NCBI GenBank assembly: GCA_028285625.1
Contig: JANQOX010000019.1
Span: 80,538 to 144,537, forward strand
Reading direction: 5' to 3'
Length of the DNA: 64,000 nucleotides
Source of the DNA: Myxococcota bacterium
GTDB lineage: Bacteria; Myxococcota_A; UBA9160; UBA6930
Position 1 is the first letter of the stretch, and each line of letters starts with the position of its first letter. A model generated the notes under the pieces. The model had not been told where the DNA came from. It worked only from the letters and a program-made list of their open reading frames with translations, and ran no database searches. Both the position numbers and the translations under genes were made by a program. Positions 8,367 through 18,149 of the stretch are shown piece by piece.

Positions 8367-11234
8367 TCAGTCGGTCTCGGCCCCCTTGCCGCGGCGCGTC
8401 GAAGTCGTGCCGTCTTCCCCCTTGGTCTCGCGCGACTTCGTCGCCTTTGCGGTCTTCTTTCGCGTCGTCTTCTTGGTCGCGGCCTTCTTCCGGGTGCCAC
8501 TCTTTCGGGCAGCCGTCTTCTTCCGCGTCGTCGTCTTCTTCTTCGTGGTCTTCTTGCGGGTGGTCTTGGCCCCGGTCTTCTTTCGGGTCTTCTTCGTGGT
8601 GGGTTTCTCACCCGAGTCGTCCCCGTCGCTCTTCTTGGTGCGCGGCGGGAACTCGAACCCATGACGCCCCGTGTCCTTCAGCACCAACGTCGCCGAGAAG
8701 GGCCGACCGAACCGCGACGTGAAATCGGTCAGCAGTTCCGTCTTCCCTTCCCGCAGATACACCTCCGCCTCGTCCCGCGTGATCTCCCGCTTGCAGACCG
8801 TTCTCGGCAGCACCCATCCCGGATGGGGCGGCTTCTCGGGCTTGGTCGGGCTCGGGCCCTTGCCCTCGCGCGCCAGCCGCCGGGCCTCTCGCCAGGCCGC
8901 AGTTTCCTTTTCGGCACGAACCCACGTGGCACAAGCAAAATGCGTCGGCGTCTCGCCCACCTGGCAGGGCTCGCTCACGTCGCCGAACGGGCAGGCGCCG
9001 AGGGGCTGATCGTTGACGTCGTACTCCGGAAGCTCGCCGCTTCCGTCCTCGTTCCAGCCGGCCGAACGCACCTTGAGCTTCCACTCGTCGATGTCGATCT
9101 CGATCTCGCCCTTGTAGGTGCGGCCGTTGCGCGCCGTGAACCCGTCGAGGAGCACCGGCTTGCCCTTCGCATCGATGATGGCGCGCACCGAGCGGCGGTC
9201 GATGTAGCGGCCCGAGGTGTCCTTCCAGAAGCGCAGCGGGCAGTCGTCGTCGGGCTCGACGTCGGGAACCGGGTCGCACCGGTAGAACCAGGCGTACTCG
9301 CGCACCGGCCGTCCACAGCGCGGGCAGGGGCCGAGGTCCTCATCGAGTTCGTAGAGCTCTTCGTACTCGAAGGTCTTCGCGCGCTCGACCACCTCGCGGG
9401 CGTAGTTCTCGATCTCGGCCATGAAGGCCTCGGCCTGGCGCTCGCCCTTCTCGACCTCGCCGAGCTGATGCTCGAGCTCACCGGTCAGCTGCGCCGATGC
9501 CAGGCGGTCGATCTGGATGCGCTGGAGCGTGTCGATCAGGCGAATGCCCTTCACGGTCGGGCGCAGGCTCTTGCCCTGGCGCAGCGCATAGCCCTTGGCA
9601 ATCAGGTTCTCGATGATGTCGGCCCGCGTGGCCGGCGTGCCGAGCCCCTTGTCCTGCAGGGCGGCGGCGAAGGCGTCGTCCTCGACGCTCTTGCCCGCGT
9701 TCTCCATGAGCGAAAGCAGGCGCGCTTCGCTCACCCGCGGAGGCGGCTTCGTCTCTTCTCGCTCGGACACCGCCTCGTTGGCCTTCACGGCCACGCCGTC
9801 CACCTCGTCCTGGCCCGGCACGAGCGGCGGCAGCGTCTCGGTCTCGTCGTCGTCGCCCCCGGGCAACACGGCGCGCCAGCCGGGCTCGCGCAGCGTGCGC
9901 GCGCGCGTTCGGAACGACTCGCCGCCCACCTCGGTCACGCGCTCCACGCGCTCCCACAGGGCGTGCGGATGGAACGCGCCCAGGAAGCGGCGCAGCACCA
10001 GGTCGTAGAGGCGCTTGTCGTCGCCCGACAGGTCGTCGCCCTCGGGGAGCTTTCCCGTGGGCACGATCGCAAAGTGGTCGGAGACACCCGCGTCGTCGAA
10101 GATGCGCTCGGTGTTCTGCAGTCCGGCGTCGAGCAGACGCGCCGCATGCGGCGCGAACGGCGCGGCCAACCCCTCGCTCGCGCCCTGGTAGTTGCGCAGC
10201 ACCTCGTCCACGGTGGCGCGGTAGTCGTTGGGAAGGCAGCGAGAGTCGGTACGCGGGTAGGTCAGCAGCTTGTGCCGCTCGTAGAGCCGCTGGGCCGCGC
10301 CCAGGGTGCGCCGCGCCGACCAACCGAAGCGCCGGTTGCCCTCGCGCTGGAGGCTGGTGAGGTCGAAGAGCGGCGGCGCCGACTCGCGGCTGGGCTTGCG
10401 CGTCTCGCGCGCCGCGCCGGCCTGGCCGGAGACCGCTGCCACCACCGCCTGGGCGCGCTCCTCGTCGAAGATGCGGTCGTCCTTGCGGTCCTCGTCGTCG
10501 TCGGCCCGGAACGCCGGGTCGAACCAGGCGCCCTCGTAGGTGGCGTCGCCATGCTGAAGCTGCGCCGTCACCCGCCAGAAGGCGCGCGGGGTGTGCGCCA
10601 GCACCTCGAGCTCTCGGGCCACGAGCAGCGCCAGCGTGGGGGTCTGCACCCGTCCAGCCGACCAGGCCGTGCGCTCCTTGCGGGTCTTCAGCCGCTTGGT
10701 GAGCGCGCGGGTCGCGTTCATCCCGATCAGCCAGTCCGAACGCGCACGGCACTCGGCGGCCCGGGCGAGGCCCTCCATCTCGGAGCCCGGGATCAGCGAC
10801 TCGAAGCCGCTGCGGATCGAGTCGGTGGTCATCGACTGCAGCCACAGCCGCTCGATGGGCTTCTCGATGCCGAGAAACTGCACCACCTCTCGGAAGATCA
10901 GCTCGCCCTCGCGCCCCGCGTCGCAGGCGTTCACGATGCGGTCGACGTCGTCCCGGGCGGCGAGCTTCTGGATGGTGCGGATGCGATCGCTCTGGCCCTT
11001 CTTCTTCTTGAGCGAGAAGCGCTCCGGAATGATGGGAAGGATGTCGAGCGTCCAGCGCTTGTACTTCTCGTCGACCTCTTCGGGCTCGAGCAGCTCGAAC
11101 AGGTGGCCGACGGCGAAGGTGACGACGTAGTCGTCGCTCTCCCAGAACCCGTCGAGTTCGGTAAAGCCACCGAGGGCGGCCGCGATGTCTCGCGCCACGC
11201 TCGGTTTCTCGGTCAGGACCAGGGCCTTGGCCAC
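8367..11234 (-). CDS. topB: DNA topoisomerase III (type IA) with C-terminal repeats and Lys/Thr-rich tail
   Basis: EKPSVA, NACDAGREGELIF, SAGRVQTPTL, LTYPRTDS (catalytic Tyr), GLGTPATRA; start GTG11234 (alternative ATG11246). Confidence 0.9.
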   Translation of the reverse strand: MAKALVLTEKPSVARDIAAALGGFTELDGFWESDDYVVTFAVGHLFELLEPEEVDEKYKRWTLDILPIIPERFSLKKKKGQSDRIRTIQKLAARDDVDRIVNACDAGREGELIFREVVQFLGIEKPIERLWLQSMTTDSIRSGFESLIPGSEMEGLARAAECRARSDWLIGMNATRALTKRLKTRKERTAWSAGRVQTPTLALLVARELEVLAHTPRAFWRVTAQLQHGDATYEGAWFDPAFRADDDEDRKDDRIFDEERAQAVVAAVSGQAGAARETRKPSRESAPPLFDLTSLQREGNRRFGWSARRTLGAAQRLYERHKLLTYPRTDSRCLPNDYRATVDEVLRNYQGASEGLAAPFAPHAARLLDAGLQNTERIFDDAGVSDHFAIVPTGKLPEGDDLSGDDKRLYDLVLRRFLGAFHPHALWERVERVTEVGGESFRTRARTLREPGWRAVLPGGDDDETETLPPLVPGQDEVDGVAVKANEAVSEREETKPPPRVSEARLLSLMENAGKSVEDDAFAAALQDKGLGTPATRADIIENLIAKGYALRQGKSLRPTVKGIRLIDTLQRIQIDRLASAQLTGELEHQLGEVEKGERQAEAFMAEIENYAREVVERAKTFEYEELYELDEDLGPCPRCGRPVREYAWFYRCDPVPDVEPDDDCPLRFWKDTSGRYIDRRSVRAIIDAKGKPVLLDGFTARNGRTYKGEIEIDIDEWKLKVRSAGWNEDGSGELPEYDVNDQPLGACPFGDVSEPCQVGETPTHFACATWVRAEKETAAWREARRLAREGKGPSPTKPEKPPHPGWVLPRTVCKREITRDEAEVYLREGKTELLTDFTSRFGRPFSATLVLKDTGRHGFEFPPRTKKSDGDDSGEKPTTKKTRKKTGAKTTRKKTTKKKTTTRKKTAARKSGTRKKAATKKTTRKKTAKATKSRETKGEDGTTSTRRGKGAETD

Positions 11235-11491
11235 GCAGGCTCCCATCCCCGAGGGGCTCTCGGGTTTCGATGCGTCTCGAAGCGCTCCAGTGGGTTCGGC
11301 GGATCACCCTTAGCCCGGGGGTTCCGGGCCAGCAAGTTCGCCCACATCCGCACACCCTTCGCACGCATCGGTCGGGGTACACCGGCAGAAACTTGAGCGG
11401 CCACCGCATGCAACGCCGTGGGTTGCGTCCGGATTGCGGCTCGGCGAGAGTCCGCGATCGCAGATTCCCACGCATCCACGAGGAGATAGGC

Positions 11492-12274
11492 TTGAGCGAC
11501 GCCCAGCCGATCACCGGCCTCACGGCCGACCGAATCGCCCCCTACGTGTTCCTTTGCGGAGACCCCGCCCGGGTCGATCGCATCACCGAGGGCTGGTCCG
11601 ACCGCGAAGAGGTGCTCTCGGTGCGCGAGTACCGGATGATCCGGGGCAAGCGGGGCGGAATCCCCATGGCTGCCGCCTCCACCGGAATCGGCGCACCGAG
11701 CACGGCCATCCTCGTCGAAGAGCTGGTCAAGCTCGGCGCCCATACCTTCATTCGCATCGGCAACAGCGGTGGACTCGCACCCGACCTCGGGCTGGGCGAC
11801 CTGGTCGTGACGACCGGGGCGGTCCGCGACGACGGAACCTCACGCAGCTACGTCGCGCCCGAGTACCCGGCGGTGGCCGATGCCGGCATCGTCCAGGCGC
11901 TGCTCGGCGCGGCGGAGGGCCGCGGGCTCGCGTGCCGCGCGGGCATCACCTGGTCGCTCGACGCGTTCTACATGCGCAACGCCGTGCTCGAAGACGACGG
12001 CAGCATGGGCTCCATGAGTGTCGAGGGCTACTGGCCGCGCGCGCATGCCGCCCAGATCGAGGACATGCGCGCCGCGCGCGTGCAGAACTGCGAGATGGAG
12101 TCCGGCGCCCTGCTGACCCTGGCGGGGATCTTCGGCGTTCGCGCCGGCTGCATCTGCGTCGTGTCCGACCGCACCCCGTGGCCCGGCCCCGCCGAGATCG
12201 ACCTGGACCGCAACATGGGCCAGTGCATCGAGGTCGCGCTCGCGGCGATGGACGAGGTGGCCGGCCAGGGCTAG
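11492..12274 (+). CDS. Nucleoside phosphorylase (uridine phosphorylase family)
   Basis: GDPARV, STGIGAPS, FIRIGNSG, AVRDDGTS, EMESG; TTG start after AGGAG RBS. Confidence 0.85.
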   Translation: MSDAQPITGLTADRIAPYVFLCGDPARVDRITEGWSDREEVLSVREYRMIRGKRGGIPMAAASTGIGAPSTAILVEELVKLGAHTFIRIGNSGGLAPDLGLGDLVVTTGAVRDDGTSRSYVAPEYPAVADAGIVQALLGAAEGRGLACRAGITWSLDAFYMRNAVLEDDGSMGSMSVEGYWPRAHAAQIEDMRAARVQNCEMESGALLTLAGIFGVRAGCICVVSDRTPWPGPAEIDLDRNMGQCIEVALAAMDEVAGQG

Positions 12275-12987
12275 GCGGCGGGCTCGCGTCGCGCGCGCGC
12301 GTCGAGGAACAGGGCCGCAACCACGCAGAGCGCGACGACTGCGGGTCCGAGCGCGCCCCAGCCTTCGACTTCGGGCGGCGCGGGGAACCCATGCTCGGCG
12401 ATCGCGAGGTTCAGTCCCGCGTGGAGACCGAGCCCGAGCGTGATCGAGCCCGTGGCCCAGCGCAGTACGCCCAGTACGAGCCCCAAGGCGAAGGCGCCCG
12501 CCATCACCGCGGGGTGGAGATGGCTCACGGCGAACAAGGCCGCCGTCCCGACCACCGCCGCGATGGCGCCGAACCGGCGCAGCGCCGGGGCGAATACGAT
12601 CTGGCGGTACAGCGTCTCTTCGCACAGCGGCGCCAGCACCACCAGCACGACCCAAGCGGCCCAGCCAGGCGTCGAGGCGGACTGTGGGTACGCCAAGCCC
12701 GCGTCCGCCGCCGCTGCCGCCAGACATTGCGAGCCCAGCGGCAGCACCTCGAGGCCTGCGACCAACATGAGACCCGCGGCGGCGCCGGACATCGCGGGTA
12801 CCCGGCGCAAGCGTCCGGGCTCGCGCCAGAGCACGAGCGCGGCGGCCCCCGCGAACGCGAGCAAACGAGCCGTGTCCCGCCCCAGCACCGGCTCGAGGCC
12901 CAGGCCCACGGCGAGCAGTGCCCACACGGAGAGCAGGACGACCAACGCCTCTCCGAACCCAGCCTCCTGGATCTCCCCTTTGCTCAT
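12271..12987 (-). CDS. CPBP (type II CAAX/Abi) family intramembrane glutamic endopeptidase
   Basis: Multi-TM; APLCEETLYR (EExxxR), FAVSH (FxxxH), HAGLN (HxxxN); ATG12987 overlaps Rhs stop as ATGA. Confidence 0.85.
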   Translation of the reverse strand: MSKGEIQEAGFGEALVVLLSVWALLAVGLGLEPVLGRDTARLLAFAGAAALVLWREPGRLRRVPAMSGAAAGLMLVAGLEVLPLGSQCLAAAAADAGLAYPQSASTPGWAAWVVLVVLAPLCEETLYRQIVFAPALRRFGAIAAVVGTAALFAVSHLHPAVMAGAFALGLVLGVLRWATGSITLGLGLHAGLNLAIAEHGFPAPPEVEGWGALGPAVVALCVVAALFLDARARREPAA

Positions 12988-15900
12988 TCCCATTCTCCGG
13001 GTTGGCGTCGCGCGCGCCCGCCGACGCGGGCTGCGTGGGCGACGAGGACCAGGCTGAGGGGCGCCAGCAGCGGCAGCCAGGCCGCGAGTCCCGCCGGCGC
13101 CGCCGTGGCCGGACCGGCGCACCCGAATGCCAGGCCGCCGCCCGAGAAGTCGCCCAGCGACCCGAAGCCGCTCACCGCTCCGCTGGAGCCGCCGCGGCTC
13201 GATTCTCGCTGGCGCGAGGGCGGGCCCTGGTGGCGTGCCGGGCCCGGGCAGGCTCCTACGCAGCCCTTTTGTCGACCGACCGCCTGGCTGTTGGGCGAGA
13301 GCGCGCGTTCGGTGGGACGCGTGCCGTAGCCGGTCGGAGGGCCCGTTGCGCGTTGGCGGCCACCGTGGTGCGTGCGTACCCATGCCCCGGGCGAACCCGA
13401 GCGCGAGCGAAAGCCGTCCGGCGCCTCGGTCGGCTGGGTCCAGGCATCGTGATGGTGGTCGATGCTCGCGTCGACGCGCTGCCCGACCGCCCGCCCCGCC
13501 GCGGCCCCGGCGATGCCACCGGCGACCGCGCCCTTCGTGGTCTTGGTCAGCCCGCCTCCCGCGGCGGCGCCAACGATCCCGCCACCGTTCTCGAAGGCCT
13601 TGACCACGGCGCCGTCGGTCGTGTGCACGGGAGACAGGCCGCTCGGGTCGGAGAGCATCACGGGATTGCCCAGCGCGTACGCATGCTGGCTCAGCCACTG
13701 CGACACCGGGTCGGGTGCGAGAAACGAACCCGCCACCGGGTCGTACGGGCGATGGCCGAGCAGGACCGGATCGCCGGGCGCGTCGCCCAGGGCGAGGCCG
13801 CGCGCGAACGTGCGGTCGGTGGGATCGCCATGGCGAGCGTGCACGCCGTAGGCGTCGTAGTGCAGGAGCGTGCGTACGAGACCGGTGTCGTCGCTTACGG
13901 CCTTCACGTTTCCACGGAAGTCCAGGTGGCGATACCGGTTGGTGCGCCCGTTCAGGCCCAGCACCCAGTCGGTGCGGTCGAGTGCGCGCGGCGTGCCGCC
14001 GGCGTCGGTCTCGATCGCGCCGCCCCAGCCGAACCAGGACGCCGCACCCGCGACCTCGCGTTCGACGGGACGCCCGAACACATCCCACACGAACCGGTCG
14101 TCGCCGATGCGCGTCAGACGGCCCGCCGCATCGAAGGCGATCGACTCGGCGTCCCGGCCGACCGCGAAGCCCGCGGCGTCCCACGCATAGATGTGAGGGG
14201 TGTTGACGTCGTAGGCCCGTTGAAGCCGGTTGTGCTCCGCGTTCCAGACGAACGGGGTGCCCTCGAGGTAGTGCGTGCGATTGCCCAGCTCGTCATGCGT
14301 GTAATGGGAGATCGGCCACGTTCCCAGGAGGGGGAAGTCGCTGCCCACTCGCGAACCCACCGACCCGGCGCCGCCGAGCCAGTAGCGCTCAGCGACGCTG
14401 CCCACGAACCCCGCCGAGGTGGTCGTGGTCGCGTCCACCTCGATGTGGCCGAACCCGCCGGGCCGGATGGCCAGCGTCGAGCGCTCGACCTCGTTGCCGG
14501 CCACGTCGGTGGTGCGCAGTTGGGTGAGTGAACCCGTCTCGGCATCGAAGGTCGCGCGGCGCACGAGCCCGTTGCCGTAGGCGGTCTCGACCCGCCGGCC
14601 CGCCTCGTAGACATGGCCCACGAGCGACACGCCGTCGGCGGTCGTTCCGAGCGTCCGGTCGACCGCATCGTAGGTGTGGCCGAGCGTGACCACCGGCGTC
14701 CCGTCGGACGCCTCGAAGACCTCCGCAGTCACGCGGGAGCGCGCGTCGTACGACCAGCGCGTGACCTCGCCGCCGGGGTGCACCACGTGGTCGAGCCGCC
14801 CCGCCGCATCGTAGACGCGAGTCTCGATGCCGGCCCGGGCGGAGTCGTCGATGCTCGCCAGCTGCCTGCCCTGCCACCCGAACGTGGCCGCCGTTTCGAG
14901 CTGCCCGCCCCGCAGATGACGCGTGGCCACCACACGCCGGGCCAGATCGTGGTCCCATTCCTCCCGCATTCCATTCGCCCGGGTGCGATGGGCCAGGTTG
15001 CCCGCTGCGTCGTAGCCGAACGCCTCTACCTGGAAGGTCCCATTCACGCGCTCTCGGCGCTCGACCGGTCGACCCGCCAGGTCGTAGACGACCTCGAGGT
15101 CGCCGCCGTAGGGCCGCTCGATCCGCAGAACCTGCCCGTCGCTGCGGCGCACGATCCGCACGCCGTGGATCGGAGAACCCGCGAGGCCCATGGTCGTGGC
15201 CATGACGTGGAGTTCCACCAGTCGGCGCGCACCGTCGAAGCGGCGCGACACCAGCCCGGGCAGCCGGGCCTCGTGCCCGGGGTCCTCGCTCGCCACCACG
15301 TTGCCGACGGCGTCATAGGTGAACACCGCGTCGTGCTCGCCGCGGCCGACTCGCGTGGGGTGGCCGTGGTCGCCGTAGGCCTCGTACCGCACCACGCCCC
15401 CGTCGGGCAGGGTGTGCGACCCCAGCTCGCCGAGCGACCCCCAGACGAACGTCTCGACATCCCCCTCGCCGTTGGCCTGGCTCCGCATGCGGCCCGCCGC
15501 GTCGTAGGTGCGCACGAGCACGGGCCCGATCCTGTCGTCGATGCGCGCTACCGGGCGTGCGAAGGGGCGATCGAGGGCGATGGCATCGGTCGCGTAGGTC
15601 ACGGTGGTCGTGTTGCCGTCGGGTGTTTCGGTGACCAGCACGTCGGCCGAGGGGCGGGTATAACGCGTCTCGCCGAAGGGGCCCGTCTCGCGGGCCACCT
15701 CGAGGCCCTCCCACGCGAAGACCCAGTCGTCCCCGGTCGCGAAGTCCGTGCGCCTCAGAAGGCGCCGCTGCGCGTCCACGACCATCACCTCCTGCGCGCC
15801 GCCGGGGTGCGTGACGTCGGCGCGCATCCCGCCGCCCGCCGCCTTCGACCAGGCGAAGCCCAGCCCGGGCTCCGGCAGCCCCAGGCCGCGAACCTCGAGC

Positions 15901-16694
15901 AGGCGACCCGCGCCGTCGTAGTCGAACACCTGGGTTTCGCCCTCGGGGTTGGTGACGGAGCGGACCCGTGGGCCCCCATAGTCGATGGAGAGACCGGGCC
16001 CGCCGCTGGCCACGGACACGGGGCCGCGCACCGATCGCAGCAGGTCGGCGGCATCCCAGCTCAGCAGGGCGACCCGGCCCGCGCGGTCGTCCACCCGCAC
16101 CAGCCGCCCGACGGCGTCGTGGGTGAGGTCGAACACGTCCGAGCAAGCGGTCGCGGTCGTGCACTGCCGCAGCCCGACCAGTCCCTGGCCCGCTCCCACC
16201 GCCCCGCGCTCGTAGACGAGCCGCGGATAGGGGTGGCCAAGGGCGTGCGCGGCGGCGAGACCGCCATCCGTGCCAAAGGCGTGGACCAGGCCTCCGAGCG
16301 TCACCAGGGCAGTCGCGTCCAGCACCCGCCAGCCCGTTCCCGGAACGGGGTCGCCGGCAGCCAGCCCCGTGGTGTCATGTCGGCGCCCGTCGGCCGCGAC
16401 GAAGACCGTGCCGTCGTAGCGAGCGTCGAGACTCGTCCGCCAGGCCGCATCGGCAGAGCTCCACGCGAGCCCGAAGCCCAGGGTACCCAGCCGCGTATCG
16501 ATGGAGAGCAGCGGCAGCGCCAGGTGCAGCCCTCCGTCTGCGGCAGAGACCACGCCGTACGGGACGGGGATCTCGGTGGCCGCCTCGAAGGCGGCGCGCC
16601 CGACCTGCGGTCGCGGGACGGTCGGCGCGCCCCAGGGGCACGCGGTGACAAGGGAGGGGACCAGTCCGACCAACAGGATGGATGCTCGTCGCAA
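12984..16694 (-). CDS. Rhs/YD-repeat protein with N-terminal lipoprotein signal and C-terminal hydrophobic anchor
   Basis: Lipobox LVTA-C; many YDxxGR repeats; Rhs core HRPYDPVAGSFLAPDP...YALGNPVMLSDPSGL; 216-aa C-terminal extension. Confidence 0.9.
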   Translation of the reverse strand: MRRASILLVGLVPSLVTACPWGAPTVPRPQVGRAAFEAATEIPVPYGVVSAADGGLHLALPLLSIDTRLGTLGFGLAWSSADAAWRTSLDARYDGTVFVAADGRRHDTTGLAAGDPVPGTGWRVLDATALVTLGGLVHAFGTDGGLAAAHALGHPYPRLVYERGAVGAGQGLVGLRQCTTATACSDVFDLTHDAVGRLVRVDDRAGRVALLSWDAADLLRSVRGPVSVASGGPGLSIDYGGPRVRSVTNPEGETQVFDYDGAGRLLEVRGLGLPEPGLGFAWSKAAGGGMRADVTHPGGAQEVMVVDAQRRLLRRTDFATGDDWVFAWEGLEVARETGPFGETRYTRPSADVLVTETPDGNTTTVTYATDAIALDRPFARPVARIDDRIGPVLVRTYDAAGRMRSQANGEGDVETFVWGSLGELGSHTLPDGGVVRYEAYGDHGHPTRVGRGEHDAVFTYDAVGNVVASEDPGHEARLPGLVSRRFDGARRLVELHVMATTMGLAGSPIHGVRIVRRSDGQVLRIERPYGGDLEVVYDLAGRPVERRERVNGTFQVEAFGYDAAGNLAHRTRANGMREEWDHDLARRVVATRHLRGGQLETAATFGWQGRQLASIDDSARAGIETRVYDAAGRLDHVVHPGGEVTRWSYDARSRVTAEVFEASDGTPVVTLGHTYDAVDRTLGTTADGVSLVGHVYEAGRRVETAYGNGLVRRATFDAETGSLTQLRTTDVAGNEVERSTLAIRPGGFGHIEVDATTTTSAGFVGSVAERYWLGGAGSVGSRVGSDFPLLGTWPISHYTHDELGNRTHYLEGTPFVWNAEHNRLQRAYDVNTPHIYAWDAAGFAVGRDAESIAFDAAGRLTRIGDDRFVWDVFGRPVEREVAGAASWFGWGGAIETDAGGTPRALDRTDWVLGLNGRTNRYRHLDFRGNVKAVSDDTGLVRTLLHYDAYGVHARHGDPTDRTFARGLALGDAPGDPVLLGHRPYDPVAGSFLAPDPVSQWLSQHAYALGNPVMLSDPSGLSPVHTTDGAVVKAFENGGGIVGAAAGGGLTKTTKGAVAGGIAGAAAGRAVGQRVDASIDHHHDAWTQPTEAPDGFRSRSGSPGAWVRTHHGGRQRATGPPTGYGTRPTERALSPNSQAVGRQKGCVGACPGPARHQGPPSRQRESSRGGSSGAVSGFGSLGDFSGGGLAFGCAGPATAAPAGLAAWLPLLAPLSLVLVAHAARVGGRARRQPGEWE

Positions 16695-16847
16695 GACACG
16701 GCTCGCCGGGGCAGCCGGGGTGCGGACGAACAGCGTGCCTGGCGCGCGCGGGCGCCGAAAGCACCGGGTCCGGTCGCGTGCGAGCGCAGGCGGTCGGATT
16801 CGGACGCGACCGGACGGCCGAGCCGCCCGGTCGATCCGAAGTGGCGG

Positions 16848-18149
16848 CTACTCCACCAGGTCGACGGGCACCGCGTTCAGGTTCCAGGTGAGGACACTGG
16901 CGCCGTCGGTGCGCTTGAAGATGACCTCGCGATCGAAGCCGCTCCCGGACCAGCGGTAGCGACGGATCTCGGCGTCGTCGTCGCTGGCCACGTAGAGCTC
17001 GTCCTTGCCGTCGCCGTCGAGGTCGGTGAGAAGCGCCGCGTGCTCGAAGCCGTGCGACTTGGCGTCGATCAGCGTCTTGTCCCAGGTGGCGCGGGGATCG
17101 TCGCCCGGTCGCAGCAACCAGAGGCCGGTGTCCTTGGCGGCCAGGACCATCTCCTTCTTGCCGTCGCCGTCCACGTCACCGGCGGTGAGGAAGCGCGCCA
17201 TGGGATCGGTGACCGTGGCGATGGCCGCGCCCTCGTCGGCGGCGTCGTCGCCCTCGAAGCGCCGCACCTCGAGGTCGCCGCCCTGGGCGGCTTCGATCGA
17301 CACGTAGAGTTCGTCGCGGCCGTCGCCGTCGACGTCGTCCACCAGGATCTCCTTGGCGTGGCGGTCGCCGAGGTCGGCCACCTCGACGCGGCCCTCCCCC
17401 TTGGCGGGCACGTAGCGCACCACCGAGCCGTGCTGCGGCGTGCCGTCGAGCCGGTTGGGCTCGCTCGGCGTCGCGTAGACCTCGGGCACGCCGTCGCCAT
17501 CGAGGTCGCCGATCTCGATCTCGTGGACGAACGTCGAGGGCTCGGCGTCGATCTCGGTCACCTCGTAGCCGCCGCCCGCCTGGGGGCGGATCACGGCGAC
17601 GACACCCTGGTCGTGGGTCGCCACGGCCAGGTCCATGATGCCGTCGCCGAACAGGTCGGCCTGCTCGGCATCGCGCATGCGCGAGAACTTGCCGCCAAAG
17701 TTCTTGGTCCAGATCGTCTCGACCGGCGCGAAGCCGTCTGCGCCCTTGCGCCAGAGCTTGAGCGTGGCCGCCTTGCCCGGGGCAGCCCCGGCGAGGGTGA
17801 CGACCCCCGGCTCGCCATCGGCCGGGGTGAACGGCATGGCCTTGTGGAACACGAAGGCCTCCGGGTCCTGGTACGAGGTGGCCAGCCAGCCGCCACCACG
17901 CGCCACCAGCACGATCAGCTCCGAGCTCGGCAGGGGCCGTCCATCGGGCCCCTTGGCGAACTTGGAGATCGACACCAGCAGGCCCTGGTCGTGATCCAGC
18001 GGCGCGTCGGCCGCAGGCGCGGCCGGGGCCGCTGCGGCGGCGGGCGCCGGCGCAGGGTCGGGGGCGCCCGCGGTGGGCGCGGTCTCTTCGCTGCCCCCGC
18101 AAGCGGACAGGACGAGGACCAGGGCGAGAGCGGAGAACCGGCGGGACAT
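16848..18149 (-). CDS. FG-GAP/VCBS repeat lipoprotein (beta-propeller)
   Basis: Lipobox LSA-C, Pro/Ala linker, five DxDGDG-type repeats (DLFGDG, DLDGDG, DVDGDG x2, DLDGDG); AAGGAG RBS. Confidence 0.8.
   Translation of the reverse strand: MSRRFSALALVLVLSACGGSEETAPTAGAPDPAPAPAAAAAPAAPAADAPLDHDQGLLVSISKFAKGPDGRPLPSSELIVLVARGGGWLATSYQDPEAFVFHKAMPFTPADGEPGVVTLAGAAPGKAATLKLWRKGADGFAPVETIWTKNFGGKFSRMRDAEQADLFGDGIMDLAVATHDQGVVAVIRPQAGGGYEVTEIDAEPSTFVHEIEIGDLDGDGVPEVYATPSEPNRLDGTPQHGSVVRYVPAKGEGRVEVADLGDRHAKEILVDDVDGDGRDELYVSIEAAQGGDLEVRRFEGDDAADEGAAIATVTDPMARFLTAGDVDGDGKKEMVLAAKDTGLWLLRPGDDPRATWDKTLIDAKSHGFEHAALLTDLDGDGKDELYVASDDDAEIRRYRWSGSGFDREVIFKRTDGASVLTWNLNAVPVDLVE

Noticed and set aside
5138-11396. 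Very long plus-strand ORFs (1194 aa, 1068 aa) and similar ones elsewhere (14613-18293, 36610-40269)
   Set aside because: Antisense shadows of real genes; high GC3 bias removes stop codons, and the translations carry no recognisable motifs
12988-14184. 637-aa version of the CPBP protease
   Set aside because: The extension is an alternate frame of the Rhs gene (Arg/Pro-rich, no motifs); the ATGA overlap gives the natural start at 12987
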